Below are positions 13,057 through 25,492 of a stretch of 64,000 bases of DNA, piece by piece. The DNA is from Octopus sinensis (lineage: Eukaryota): positions 24,118,001 to 24,182,000 of the forward strand of contig NC_043007.1 of NCBI RefSeq assembly GCF_006345805.1, read 5' to 3'. The notes under the pieces are model-generated. The model made no database searches. It was not told the origin of the DNA and worked only from the letters and a program-made list of their open reading frames with translations. The stretch's first letter is position 1. Every line of letters begins with the position of its first letter. The translations under genes and the position numbers were made by a program.

Positions 13057-14256
13057 AATCATCGTCATCGTTTAACATCTGCTTTCCATGCTGGCATGGG
13101 TTGGATGATTTGACTGAGGACTGGTGAGCCAGAAGGCTGCACCAGACTCAATCTGATCTGGCAAAGTTTCTACCATTGGATGCCCTTCCTAATGCCAGCC
13201 ACTCTGAGAGTGTAGCGGTTGCTTTTACGTGCCACCAGCATGCGTGCCGGTCAGCCAGTTCTAAAAGGTGTTTGTTACATGCTACCTGCACGGCAGCCAG
13301 TGTGGCGGCACTGGCAATGACTACGCAGAAAGATAGCTTTCACCTGCCGGTAAGGTGATGATCGTGCTCAAATGGTGCTTTTCATTTGTCATCGGCATGG
13401 CAGCGAATCCGTGGTCCTGGCAACAATCACACTCTGTTGTGCTCTTAACATTCCACTGGCACGAGTGCCAATCAGGCGGTTCTGTCATTGGCCACATCAG
13501 CAATTTTGATGTGTTAACACTTGCCTCTTTAGGCCTTCACAAGAAAAGTCCATTGTCTAGTGATTGAGGGGTACTCGTAAGTGGGCCGGTTATACCCCAC
13601 GTTGTGGTGTTAATGTTCCACTGCCATGAGTAAATATATATATGTATATATATACGAGTGGCTGTGTGGTAAGTAGCTTGCTTACGAACCACATGGTTCC
13701 GGTTCAGTCCCACTGCATGGCACCTTGGACAAGTGTCTTCTACTATAGCCGCTGGCTGACCAAAGCCTTGTGAGTGGATTTTGTAGACAGAAACTGAAAG
13801 AATGAAAGAAGCCCGTCTTATGTATGTGTGTCTGTGTTTATCATCCCCCCCCCAACATCGCTTGACAACCGATGTTGGTGTGTTTAGGTCCCCATAACTT
13901 GGCGGTTTGGCAAAAGGGACCAAGGGAATAAGTACTAGGATAACAAAGAATAAGTCCTGGGGTCGATTTGCTTGACTAAAGGCGGTGCTCCAGCATGGCC
14001 ACAGTCAAATCACTGAAACCAGTAAAAGAGCATATATATATATATATGCATATATATATATGTATGTGTATATGTGAAAGTGCATATGCACATGTATATA
14101 TATATATGTGTATGTATGTATCATATATGTATGTATATATGTATGTATAATGTATATATATGTATGTATGTAATGTATGTAATATATGTATGTATGTATA
14201 TATGTATGTATGTATATGTATGTATGTATATATGTATGTATGTATATGTATGTATG

Positions 14257-14289
<33 letters not shown>

Positions 14290-15295
14290 GTAATCATCGT
14301 CATCGTTTAACATCTGCTTTCCATGCTGGCATGGGTTGGATGATTGACTGAGGACTGGTGAGCCAGAAGGCTGCACCAGACTCAATCTGATCTGGCAAAG
14401 TTTCTACCATTGGATGCCCTTCCTAATGCCAGCCACTCTGAGAGTGTAGCGGTTGCTTTTACGTGCCACCACAATGCGTGCCGGTCAGCCAGTTCTAAAG
14501 GTGTTTGTTACATGCTACCTGCACGGCAGCCAGTGTGGCGGCACTGGCAATGACTACGCAGAAAGATAGCTTTCACCTGCCGGTAAGGTGATGATCGTGC
14601 TCAAATGGTGCTTTTCATTTGTCATCGGCATGGCAGCGAATCCGTGGTCCTGGCAACAATCACACTCTGTTGTGCTCTTAACATTCCACTGGCACGAGTG
14701 CCAATCAGGCGGCTGTCATTGGCCACATCAGCATTTTGATGTGTTAACACTTGCCTCTTTAGGCCTTCACAAGAAAAGTCCATTGTCTAGTGATTGAGGG
14801 GTACTCGTAAGTGGGCCGGTTATACCCCACGTTGTGGTGTTAATGTTCCACTGCCATGAGTAAATATATATATGTATATATATACGAGTGGCTGTGTGGT
14901 AAGTAGCTTGCTTACGAACCACATGGTTCCGGGTTCAGTCCCACTGCATGGCACCTTGGACAAGTGTCTTCTACTATAGCCGCTGGCTGACCAAAGCCTT
15001 GTGAGTGGATTTGGTAGACAGAAACTGAAAGAATGAAAGAAGCCCGTCTTATGTATGTGTGTCTGTGTTTATCATCCCCCCCCCAACATCGCTTGACAAC
15101 CGATGTTGGTGTGTTTAGGTCCCCATAACTTGGCGGTTTGGCAAAAGGGACCAAGGGAATAAGTACTAGGATAACAAAGAATAAGTCCTGGGGTCGATTT
15201 GCTTGACTAAAGGCGGTGCTCCAGCATGGCCACAGTCAAATCACTGAAACCAGTAAAAGAGCATATATATATATATATATGCATATATATATATG
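13057..15295. repeat. Tandem duplication A, period about 1235 bp (RTE tail plus CORE SINE plus microsatellite)
   Basis: copies start at 13057 and 14292; nearly identical, differing mainly by 1-2 nt indels. Confidence 0.9.
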
Positions 15296-15818
15296 TATGT
15301 GTATATGTGAAAGTGCATATATGCACATGTATATATATATATGTGTATGTATGTATACATATATGTATGTATATATGTATGTATATATGTATGTATATAT
15401 GTATGTATACATATATGTATGTATATATGTATGTATATATGTATGTATATATGTATGTATATATATATGTATACATATATGTATGTATATATGTATACAT
15501 ATATGTATGTATATATGTATACATATATGTATGTATATATGTATACATATATATATGTATGTATATATGTATACATATATGTATATATGTATATATGTAT
15601 ACATATATGTATGTATATATGTATACATATATGTATGTATATATGTATACATATATGTATGTATATATGTATACATATACGTATGTAAACCTGTATGTAT
15701 GTATATATACGTATGTAAACATGTATGTATGTATATATATGTGTACATATATGTGTTGTGTATATATGTATATATTTTTATATATATGTATGCATATATG
15801 TGTATATATATATATATG

Positions 15819-15866
<48 letters not shown>

Positions 15867-15999
15867 GAGGATCAGCAACAATTAGATTCAAATGAATATG
15901 GTACTTATTTAGATGCACCAGAATTTTGTATGGTGTTACCCATAAACATTTGCGGAGTGATTATAATAAAAAATAAGCAACAAGAATGATTCCGGTAAT

Positions 16000-16085
16000 T
16001 TAGTACAATTGTTTCATACTACAACATTTTATTAAAAGCTGTAAGTATTACAGCAGATTTAAGATGCTGATTACTCTTCAGCTAA
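16000..16085 (-). ncRNA. Type-I hammerhead ribozyme fold (mirror copy in the left arm)
   Basis: same elements on the - strand: core 16081-16075, ACAATTGT 16005-16012, stem I TTAG/CTAA. Confidence 0.78.
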
Positions 16086-16266
16086 TTTATATAGGTTTTC
16101 CAATAATATAAAAGCTACAAGCAGAGTTTTGGTCAGTTAGTATCTGAACCACACAATCTCATATGTTCCTAAAATTTATATCTACATCTTTATCTGTATA
16201 TTTACCTTTCCTAAAATGTTATTACTTGATTTGAAAGCTTTTATATTATTGGAAAACCTATATAAA

Positions 16267-16352
16267 TTAGCTGAAGAGTAATCAGCATCTTAAATCTGCT
16301 GTAATATTTACAGCTTTTAATAAAATGCTGTAGTATGAAACAATTGTACTAA
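16267..16352 (+). ncRNA. Type-I hammerhead ribozyme fold, canonical core
   Basis: stem I TTAG/CTAA; CTGAAGA 16271-77; stem II CAGCAT/ATGCTG plus internal hairpin; GAA 16337-39; palindromic stem III ACAATTGT; GUA cleavage triplet (after 16348). Confidence 0.8.
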
Positions 16353-17461
16353 ATTACCGGAATCATTCTAGTTGCTTATTTTTGAGTATATATATATATA
16401 TATATATGTGTATATATATATATATATATATCATCATCATCATCATCGTTTAACGTCCGTTCTCCATGCTAGCATGGGTTGGACGGTTCGACCGAGGATC
16501 TGGGAAGCCAGAAGGCTGCACCAGGCTCCGGTCTTATCTGGCAATGTTTCTACAGCTGGATGCCCTTCCTAACGCCAACCACTCCGTGAGTGTAGTGGGT
16601 GCTTTTTACGTGCCACCTGCACTGGAGCCAGGCGAGGCTGGCATCGGCCACGGTCGGATTGGTGCATTTTACGTGCCACCTGCACGTATATATATATATA
16701 CACACATATATATGTGTATGTGTGTGTGTGCATGGGTATGTGTGTATATGTATATATTTGTATGTATATATATATAGATAGATAGATAATAACTACTTGA
16801 AAATGGATGCGTGACATTCGATCCTATAATATATAAATATATGCATATATACATACATATCTGTTCACAACTACATATATATGTATATATACAAGCATAT
16901 ATGGTTACAGGACATCAAAAAAACGTCAGCAAAATGAGAAACGAGAACATAAAGAACAAAAACATTGAAATCGAACTTTTTTTGAATGACTGGTATGTTG
17001 TGTGTGTATATATATATATATGTATGTATGTATGTGTATATGTATGTATGTATGTGTATATATATGTATGTATATGTGTGTATATATATATATGTACTTA
17101 TATGTGTGTATATATATATATATATATTTATATATGTATATATATGTGTATGTATGTATATGTATGTATACGTATGTATATGTCTGTATGTATATAGATA
17201 TGTACGACGTATATGTATGTATATATATATATGTGTGTGTGTGTATATATGTATATATATGTGTATATATATATTTGTTTATATATATGTATATATGTCT
17301 GTATATACATGTATATATATGTGTGTGTATATATGTATATATATGTATATATATGTGTGTGTATATATGTATATATATGTGTATATATATATGTGTATGT
17401 GTATATATGTATGTATATGTATGTGTATGTATATATGTGTATATATGTATGTATATATGTG

Positions 17462-17494
<33 letters not shown>

Positions 17495-17733
17495 GTGTAT
17501 ATATGTATGTATATATATATATGTGTATGTATATATATATATGTGTATGTATATATATATATGTGTATGTATATATATGTGTATATGTGTATGTATATAT
17601 ATATGTGTATATATGTATATATATATGTGTGTGTATATATATATATATATATATGTGTATATATGTATATATATGTGTGTATATATATATATATATATGT
17701 GTATATATATATATATGTATGTATATATATACA

Positions 17734-18011
17734 CTATTGTGTCTGGGGAGTGTCATTTTCTTTTTGTGCCTTATATTGTAACATACACTCACCGGTAAAA
17801 TTTCCACTTTTTTCTTATTTTTATTGTCCTTAAATTTTCATTGTGTCTTGCAACCTTTTCAATAGTTTTGACTACTGAAAATTATTGAACAGGTTGCAAG
17901 ACTCAACGAAAATTTTAGGACAATGAAAGTAAGAATAGCGTGGATATTTTACCGGTGAGTGTGTTGCATAATAAGGCACAAAAAGAAAATGACTCTCACC
18001 AGACACAATAG
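17734..18011. mobile_element. Foldback element with outward-pointing hammerhead-like folds (U3-A8 family)
   Basis: CTATTGTGTCTGG..CCAGACACAATAG inverted arms; family copies at 24690-24830(+) and 31800-31945(-). Confidence 0.8.
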
Positions 18012-18111
18012 AATATGCTTCAACACACGAACTCATATAAAGAATCTTGCAAACCAAATCCAAAAACGAAATATATATATATAGATATATGTATGTATGT
18101 ATATATCCATA

Positions 18112-18850
18112 CTAGCTGGTGTGCCCGGTAATTCCCGGATGTAACAATGTACTGAAAGGTCTTATTACTCCAATATAAGGAGGCAAGTTTGTTATAACTG
18201 CCACAAAATATGTATATTCTGTCACTTAAAAGTACAGAAACTGTCAGCTAGTGGAGGGAGAGATTGCTGGAGGTTGGCGGGAGAGGTTTTCGGATGTTGG
18301 TGAAAAATATTGTCACGGGTTGGTGAGAGAGATTGTTGGAGGTTGGCAAGAGAATTCGTCGGAGGTAGTCAAGAGAGGTCGGCGGTGGTTGGCGAGAGTA
18401 GTTGGAGGTTGTCGTAAGTTGGCAAGAGAGGTCGTTGCAGGGAGAGTCATCTTTGTTCCAAAATTTCAGTCTTGCAGGGTTTCGTGATACAGTGTTTTTG
18501 GTTTTGCCATTGCATGCATAGAGAAATAAATTTTCCGGATTCCCAATTCTAGAGCATCCGACATAGAGCTGTCTGTGAGAAAAAGCAGGTTCTGCAAGAT
18601 TAAGGCCTACCACTTCCAATGTCTGACCCTCTGCTTTGTTGATGCTCATTGCACAGATAAATCTCAGCGGGAATTGTAGCCTTTTGAAATCGATTTGTGT
18701 GTTGGAAGGATTCAGAGGAATTTTTGGAATGCAAACATCTTCACCACTTGCTTTCCCAGTCAGTATTGTTGCCTCCAACACTGTCTGCATCAATTTTTTG
18801 GTAATTCTTGTGCCATTGCATAGATGTTGAAAAATGTCTATTAATGCAAT
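18112..18850 (-). mobile_element. Helitron 3' relic (PIF1-like helicase C-terminus plus terminal hairpin-CTAG)
   Basis: LEATILTG..GEDVCIPKIPL.PS....FKRLQFPL...AMSINKAEGQTL..VGLNL..PAFSH.QLYVGCSR; CCGG hairpin then CTAG/T at 18115-18111. Confidence 0.88.
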
Positions 18851-19101
18851 GTGTAAATTAATTACAGCAATATGTATATAACTGTTTAGATATTGAATTA
18901 GAATAGACAAAGAATAATTGTTTTATTTTGTAAATATGAAACATAATGAATGGCAAACTTAATTGAGATTGCCATTGTTACATTAGAGCAGCTTGTGAAG
19001 TAGAAGCACCCAGTCGTACTCTGACTCGTGGCATTTTGAAGGTGAACTTTATGAAAGCTAATTTATTAAAGGTAATATGTGAAATAGCAGCCATATCTTA
19101 C

Positions 19102-19170
19102 CTTTTCTGAGGAAAGGAGCCGTTTACATGTGATTTCGATGTCACATTCGTTGAAAGCACGAGAAATAAC
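19102..19170 (-). other. Candidate orphan 69-nt exon
   Basis: ttttttttaatttttattttcCAG acceptor and AAG/GTAAGA donor; two open frames (VISRAFNECDIEITCKRLLSSEK or LFLVLSTNVTSKSHVNGSFPQK); no partner exon identified. Confidence 0.4.
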
Positions 19171-19268
19171 CTGGAAAATAAAAATTAAAAAAAACCCACA
19201 AAACCAAACTTTGTTGCTGGAAAACTCAGACTTTCCTGGTGACCCAGCAGGTCAAGGGTAGTCTAGTA

Positions 19269-19564
19269 CAGTGCTAGTTAAAGTGGTAGTCCGCAGACCA
19301 GTGCTGGTCCACAAGCCATGAGCTGCCAGGACACGGAGAGTTTCCAGAAAAGAAAGAAACACTGTAAAATGCTTATGTAATTATTTCATTGTTTGTTTAC
19401 AAAATAAATATAAGATAAAAAAAAAAATTGTCAATGTTATTATATTCATTATATATATATTGTTTCCTGTATAACTTAATATTACTAAGAAATATATTTA
19501 ATCCCTGGCACAGTGGAAAGGAAAAACTACCGGTATACCACATCAGATAGTTTGAGAAGCACTG
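19269..19564. mobile_element. hAT (Charlie/Buster-like) MITE with an 8-bp TSD
   Basis: CAGTGCT...AGCACTG termini; identical GTCTAGTA at 19261-19268 and 19565-19572. Confidence 0.85.
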
Positions 19565-19891
19565 GTCTAGTATATATTATATGTATGTATATATTACATG
19601 TATGTATACATACATATATATATATATATATCCATACATATATAATATTGTATGACTACTCCCCACACCCACTCCCTGATTTTCTAACCAGTGTCTACAC
19701 TCATTCTTGTTACTTGTGAGTATAGCCTGGCTCTACACCATTTCTCTTCTGCTCTCTCTCACATTTTTGCTGTTTCCTACTCTCTCTTTTCCCTTTGGTC
19801 ACTCTCTCTCTCTCTCCTCATTTTTCCTCTGACTAGTTAACCAAGCATCACCATTACATCAGCACACTTGTTTCTGGCCTCTTTCTGTACT

Positions 19892-19941
<50 letters not shown>

Positions 19942-20149
19942 AGTAACCATGTACCTCCTCTATATCAAGACACCTATTTCTGCCTCTATTTCTCTGTTAC
20001 ACCCTAACCTTTCATCATTTGATACTGGCTCACCTCCTGTAATTCCCCCCTGTTGTGGCAAGACACCCGTTTCTGTCTCTTAGACACTCTAACTTTCATC
20101 CTCTGACACAAATGCCCAAACCCTCTCATAATTCCTTGTCTTGTGAGTT

Positions 20150-21450
20150 ATTTGGTTACCTTACCATTATTAGTGCCACATTAAAAGAAGCCAGTCTGCA
20201 CTAATGCGGTAGGTGTCTGGAAGGACATCCAGTTGTAAAAATGTTGCCTAAACTAACTTTGCTTATGCTTGTGCCACGTAAAAAGCACTGAGTCCACTCT
20301 ATGGAATGGTTGGTGTTAGGAAGGGCAAGCAGCCATAAAATCCCTTCCAAAACAGACACAGTATCCTTGGGTAGATTTTCTACATGGCCAGCTCCTTTCA
20401 ACTGTCCTACTCATGCATGCATGGAAGATAGATGTTAAATGATGATGATGATATAATATCTATATATAGTAGATGCTGTTCTCAGCTCCCTCTTATTCAT
20501 CACAGTCCTCCAGGCAGTAACAAAGGAATTCAAGACAGGCTGCCCCTGGGAGCTCCTCTCTGCTGATGACCTTGCTCCAATAGCTAAGTCACTGACAGGA
20601 CTAGAGACAAAGTTTAGGGTGTGGTAGCAAGGTTTAGAATCAAAGGGCCTTAGGGTTAACCTAGGTTTTTGTAAGTAGCTAACAAATCACAAACCCCTTC
20701 AGGTAGAAGGCCCTACTCGATCTGTAGAAAAGGCATGGGTAGAAACTGTGATGTACCCATTGTAAGCTATGGACACATAAAAGGTGTAGCAATATGAAAG
20801 GAAAGTTAACTGGGAAGATAGTTTCTGTGTATGGCAGATGCACAGGGGCAATAAACACTGAAGATTTGCCTTGTTTCTCCTTATCACTCCCTCTATCTCT
20901 TTCTCTTTGTTCAAATAGATTCCATCACACGACAGGAGGAAAAACTAGAAGTAGTTGATAGCTTCTGCTACCTAGGTGATCAAGTCTGTAGTGGGAGTGG
21001 TTGCTCTGATAGTGTAGCAGCTGGGATAAGAATAGCCTGGGCAAAATTCAGGGAGCTCCTACTGCTGCTGGTAACTAAGGGTCTCTTGCTCAGGATGAAA
21101 GGTAGATTGTATGATGCATGTGTATAAACTGTCATGCTACAAGGTAGTGAAACATGGCCATGACTGTTGAGGACATGCGTAGGCTTGAAATAAATGAAGC
21201 TAGTATGATCCACTGGATGTGTAATGTCAGTGTGCATACATGACAGAGTTTAAGTGACCTGAGAGAAAATTTGGGCATAAGAAGCATCAAATGTGGTCTG
21301 CAAGAGAGACGACTGCACTGGTATGGTCATGTTATGTATGGATGAGGGCAGCTGTGTGAGGAAGTGCCACACCCTAACTGTGGAAGGAACCTATGGGATG
21401 AGGTGGTGAAGCATGTCCTTCAAACATTGGGCCTCACAGAGGCAATGACT
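20150..21450 (+). mobile_element. RTE LINE relic (RT domains 4-7 to C-terminus) preceded by an RTE tail
   Basis: LLFITVLQAVTKEF.TGCPWELL.ADDL, GLESKGLRVNL, CxxC..WTHK.CS, RRL.WYGHV. Confidence 0.85.
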
Positions 21451-21649
21451 GGGGACCAAGCATCAAACTTATACACCTGCTTGTTGTTTATGCACCTGTC
21501 TTTATACACCTGCTTGTTGTTTATGCACCTGTCTGTGTCACACCACCGCTATATAGCCCTAGAAAGCATCGACGCTTCCTACTGGCTTTGACACATTTCC
21601 TGTGTCCTTATATTTGCAATGGGGAGGCAAGTACCTCTACCAGCTAGGA

Positions 21650-22700
21650 CTAGCAACCTGAAGACATGCATGTTTCTGGGTCATGCCCGTCATTAGTCCA
21701 GGGTAGCGAGTCCCGCTAGCTGAGATGCCTGCCAAGCCTTTGCAAATATATATATCCACATTTTCCTGAGTTTTCCTCTTCCACAGATTCCCTCCATATT
21801 TAAGTATCGATACCTCTTAGTGCAGCTGTCTTCATCCATACACATCACATAACCATACCAGCGTACTTTTCCCTCTTGCACACTACTTCTGATACCTCTG
21901 ATACTCAATTTTTCTCTTACCAACTATGCTCTCAGAGCATCCTCCTCCACTGCTAATTTGGTCACCTAGGTAACCGAAAATATCTACTACCTCTTAGGAT
22001 CTCCCTGGGAATTGCCACACACAAAAAGTACTCTCTCTGTCAACCTTCTTGTGATTTTCCAGTACCTCATATGTGTCCATAGTTTGCCCTGGGTGCATTG
22101 GATGGAAATTCTACCTATACTTTTTCTACATGTCATATTGGGTTATTTCCCTCAAGGGATTAGTAATTTATTTGCTTTCCTGTTCACTAATATTTCATTC
22201 TTAACAAAATTAACCTTTCATGCCAGACCTTGCTTCGACACTTAAAATTTCTCTTCTAATTCTACTATAGTTTTACTTACAAGAACAAGGTCATCAGCAT
22301 AGAGGAGCTCCTATGAGTAACCAGTTTTTAATTCCTCTGTTATGGCCTGGGGGACTATGTTAATCAAGAGAGGGGCTGACAACTGAGCCTTGGTGAATTC
22401 CTACCTGCACACTAAATTCATTACTCGTTGCTGACTTTCACCTTACTAACAGCATCCTTGTAGATGGCTTGGACAGCTCTCACCAGCCACTCATCTACCC
22501 CTAGCTTCTGCTGTGACCACCAGATGAAGAAGTGAGGGACTCTGTCAAAGACTTTCTCCAAATTAATAAAAGCCAAGTACAGTAGTATATTTTTGGCTAG
22601 ATACCTCTCCTGCTGTTGGCTTACTAGGAAGATAGCATCAGTAGTGCTTCTCCCTGACACAGAACCAAATCCTAACCTTAACCTACAAGAGATGTAGGTT
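21650..22700 (-). mobile_element. RTE LINE relic, inverted relative to 20150-21450
   Basis: GRSTTDAIFLV.Q.QERYLAKN..LYLAFINLEKVFDRVP; ELLYADDL; VRWYGYVMCMDEDSC. Confidence 0.85.
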
Positions 22701-24059
22701 AGCTCACTTCTTAATAGACTTCTATATTAACTCACTGCCAGCTAAACAGTTCCTCTACTCCTTCCTGTTTTTGTTAGCTTCCTTTACATTGTAAAATTCT
22801 CGCATGTGAGACCTTGGTTCTTTCATTCATTCATTTGCTAGCTGCCAATTATACAACATAGAAATTGTTGCTGATTTTTCTTTTCCTTCTAAATATGCAA
22901 AATAACATTTCTGCTGACAAAAGCTTTATATAAATCCATTTACTCACTCACTCACTCACTCACTCATTCATTTGTTTCATTCACGCACACACACACACAC
23001 ACACGGGAATATTATTCTAAACTTACAGGGAAAAATTCAATTTAGAAATATATATATATGTCTATCATCATCATCATTGTTTTGTCTTTGTCACTGTCCT
23101 CCTTGATCAGTCTGAGCACCACATCTTTCTGTTATGTATAAATGTATACATTTACAATTGGCTGTCAGCACACTACATATGTGTGTAGGTACATCTTATC
23201 TTGCATGTATAAACTGCATCTTTTGTGTTGCATTATTTAACACATTTTCTGCTTGCATAATCTATTTATTAACTCTTTGTTTTATAAATATGTCAAAATT
23301 GTTAGAATGAAAGACAAAATGCCTTACAGTATTCAAATATAACCCTTTATTTTCCAAGTTCAAATCTTTCCAAAGTCAGCTTATTGTCCTTCCCAGGTTG
23401 ATAAAATAAGTACCGGTCATATCCTAAGGTTGATGTAATCAACCGTTAACTCCACCTATCAAAAGTTCTGGCCTTGCACCTATGCTATGACTCCTCATTA
23501 TTTTTCTACATGTGAGTTCAAATCTTGCTACGGCTTACTTGCCATTTTATTCTTACAGGGTTATAGAATAAGTACCAGTTATATTGTATTGGATTGGATT
23601 GGATTGGATTACCTGTGTTCAGCCCACTGCATGTTCTCTCCACCAACCACACTCTGATGTGGAGGCCATGAATTTGAGCTTGTGATCAAACTGGTTTCAT
23701 GAGCCTACTCTGCCACACTGGCTCAACGTGACTTGGCAGAGTGGAGTAGGGGTTCCAGTTTTTATACTCCTACCCAGGAGTAGTTAAGTTGGTTACATCG
23801 ACCCCAGTCCTCAGTTGCTAGTTATTTTATCGACCCTGAAAGGATGAAAGGTGAAGTTGGCCAGTTATATACTGGGGATCAATATTATCAACTGTTCCCC
23901 TCTCCTCACAAGCTCTGCATGTGGGTTCAAATCTTACCATTGTCAATTTGCATTTTATTCTTCCAGGTTCAGTAAAATAGATACCAAAAACTGACAAAGT
24001 TGATTAAATCAATGCTATTTCCCTACCCCCACCTTTATGTGTGTCAGAAATCATTATTA

Positions 24060-24660
24060 CTCTTCTTCCTAGCCAGATCCACTTACTTCATCTCTTTACT
24101 TCCCATGGAGCACAGGCCATTGACAACTTTGCTCTACCCTTCTTGACTCTGAGTTGTCTTTTCTGCTTCCTTCCAATTGGAAAACCTTCTCATGGATCTT
24201 CTTGGTTTTGAATTGTCATTGATCCTTCTGTAACTTTGCCATTTTTTTGGAAGAGGTGGTCCATATTAGTCTGGCCTCTGACCTTTGACCTATTCAGCAT
24301 GAGATATTCCATCAGGATCTTGCACTTTGCTGGCACAGATCTCATGGCCATTGAGACACACAGGCCAGCGCATTGCAACAAGGATTGGACCTTGTGGTGG
24401 AGCCTAGTCCAAGATCCTGGGCAAAACATTTTTGGATGCCTGACAGCTGTCACTGTAAGCAAGTTTCCTTTCTTCACACCATCAATGTTTATCCAAAGTA
24501 AAGGTTTCTGATTCAGCTGATAGAACTTGCACTGGCGTCATTGCAGGCCTTGCTGTCAAAATGCAAAGAACTGAAACCAATGCCACAAACCATCTTATCC
24601 ACCTCTCTAACAGTTCCATTAATCTATCGCCCTGGTTTGGTACTTTCATTCTATTGATCT
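24060..24660 (-). mobile_element. Old, internally deleted RTE-type LINE relic
   Basis: RTE-like 3' tail (GGCCTGTGCTCCATGGGAAGTAAAGAGATGAAGTAAGT) and degenerate RT-like peptides. Confidence 0.5.
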
Positions 24661-25100
24661 TGAAAAGTGAAATTGATCTCAATTGGGTTTGAATACAAAG
24701 GTTGCAAGACGCAACAAAAATTTTAGGAAAATAAAAATAAGAAAAAAAGTGGAAATTTTACTGGTGAGTGTGTTATATTATAAGGCACAAAAAGAAAATG
24801 ACTCTCCCCAGACACAACAGAATTTGAATACAAAGTTTGAACGAATACTGCAAGGCACTCTGTCTGATTTTCTAACAACTGCCGATGTTATCACCATTTA
24901 AAGGACATTGCTACCCTTAATTCAGAAATAAAAATTCCTTGTTAAAATCCTGTCTTGAACAATGCACATGTCCAGGAATAAAACACCTGACAATGATCTG
25001 AGATCAAACCTGTTAAACTGTTGCTTAGATGTAAATAAATTTTTCTCATGTACACTATTTACACTAGCCAAACTGGTGTCCTCAACTTGATAGTTACTTT

Positions 25101-25142
25101 CACTACATCTTGGCTGTTGTATACTCCAGCCATCTTCAGGTG
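25101..25142 (-). ncRNA. Degenerate (probably dead) type-I hammerhead
   Basis: CAC-CTGAAGA-T-GGCTG[10-nt loop]CAGCC-AAG(for GAA)-ATGT-A-GTG; stems intact, G12 and A14 mutated. Confidence 0.6.
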
Positions 25143-25492
25143 TCTTGTGTTGAACTCTGTTGTTGAGCAACAATCAAATTGAGGGTAACAGTCTGACTAA
25201 TGTAAATAAAAAAAAAATTTTTTTTAAATATAAAGATAAAATTGTTTCAAAAATCTTTATATTATTCTCTCATTTGGCATTTAAGCATATAATCAGCACC
25301 CTTTTATTTTCGTTTAGTGAATCACCTTTGCAAAATAACTCCCTGCTTAAGTCTTTAGTTCTTCATTCCAAGGGGGTTGGTGCCTTTTTGTAATGTAATT
25401 CCTTTATTTATTCTTCGGCCAACTAACAAGACTGTCAATAAATGATAAGGAGTTTGGTCTCCTTCGTCACAGGTCTCATTCTCTTCTTTTAG

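Larger units (their letters stand above)
15969..16383. mobile_element. PLE-derived foldback: 148-bp inverted arms (15969-16116 / 16236-16383) with a 119-bp spacer
   Basis: arms are near-perfect reverse complements; termini AAAATAAGCAAC as in the PLE pLTR tails at 7690 and 41538. Confidence 0.85.

Noticed and set aside
7767-17833. Many long ORFs rich in Y/I/M/C/V/H/T (also at 43580-47065 and 56600-61400)
   Set aside because: Translations of stop-free TA/TATG/CA microsatellites; no domain content
19102-19170. Orphan exon as a misplaced ADSS exon 3 (also 69 nt in human)
   Set aside because: Wrong strand and no similarity to NGVVIHLPGLFEE in any frame
1-25492. ADSS exons 1-7
   Set aside because: No matching peptide with suitable splice sites found by eye; probably upstream of the window, although a divergent short exon could have been missed
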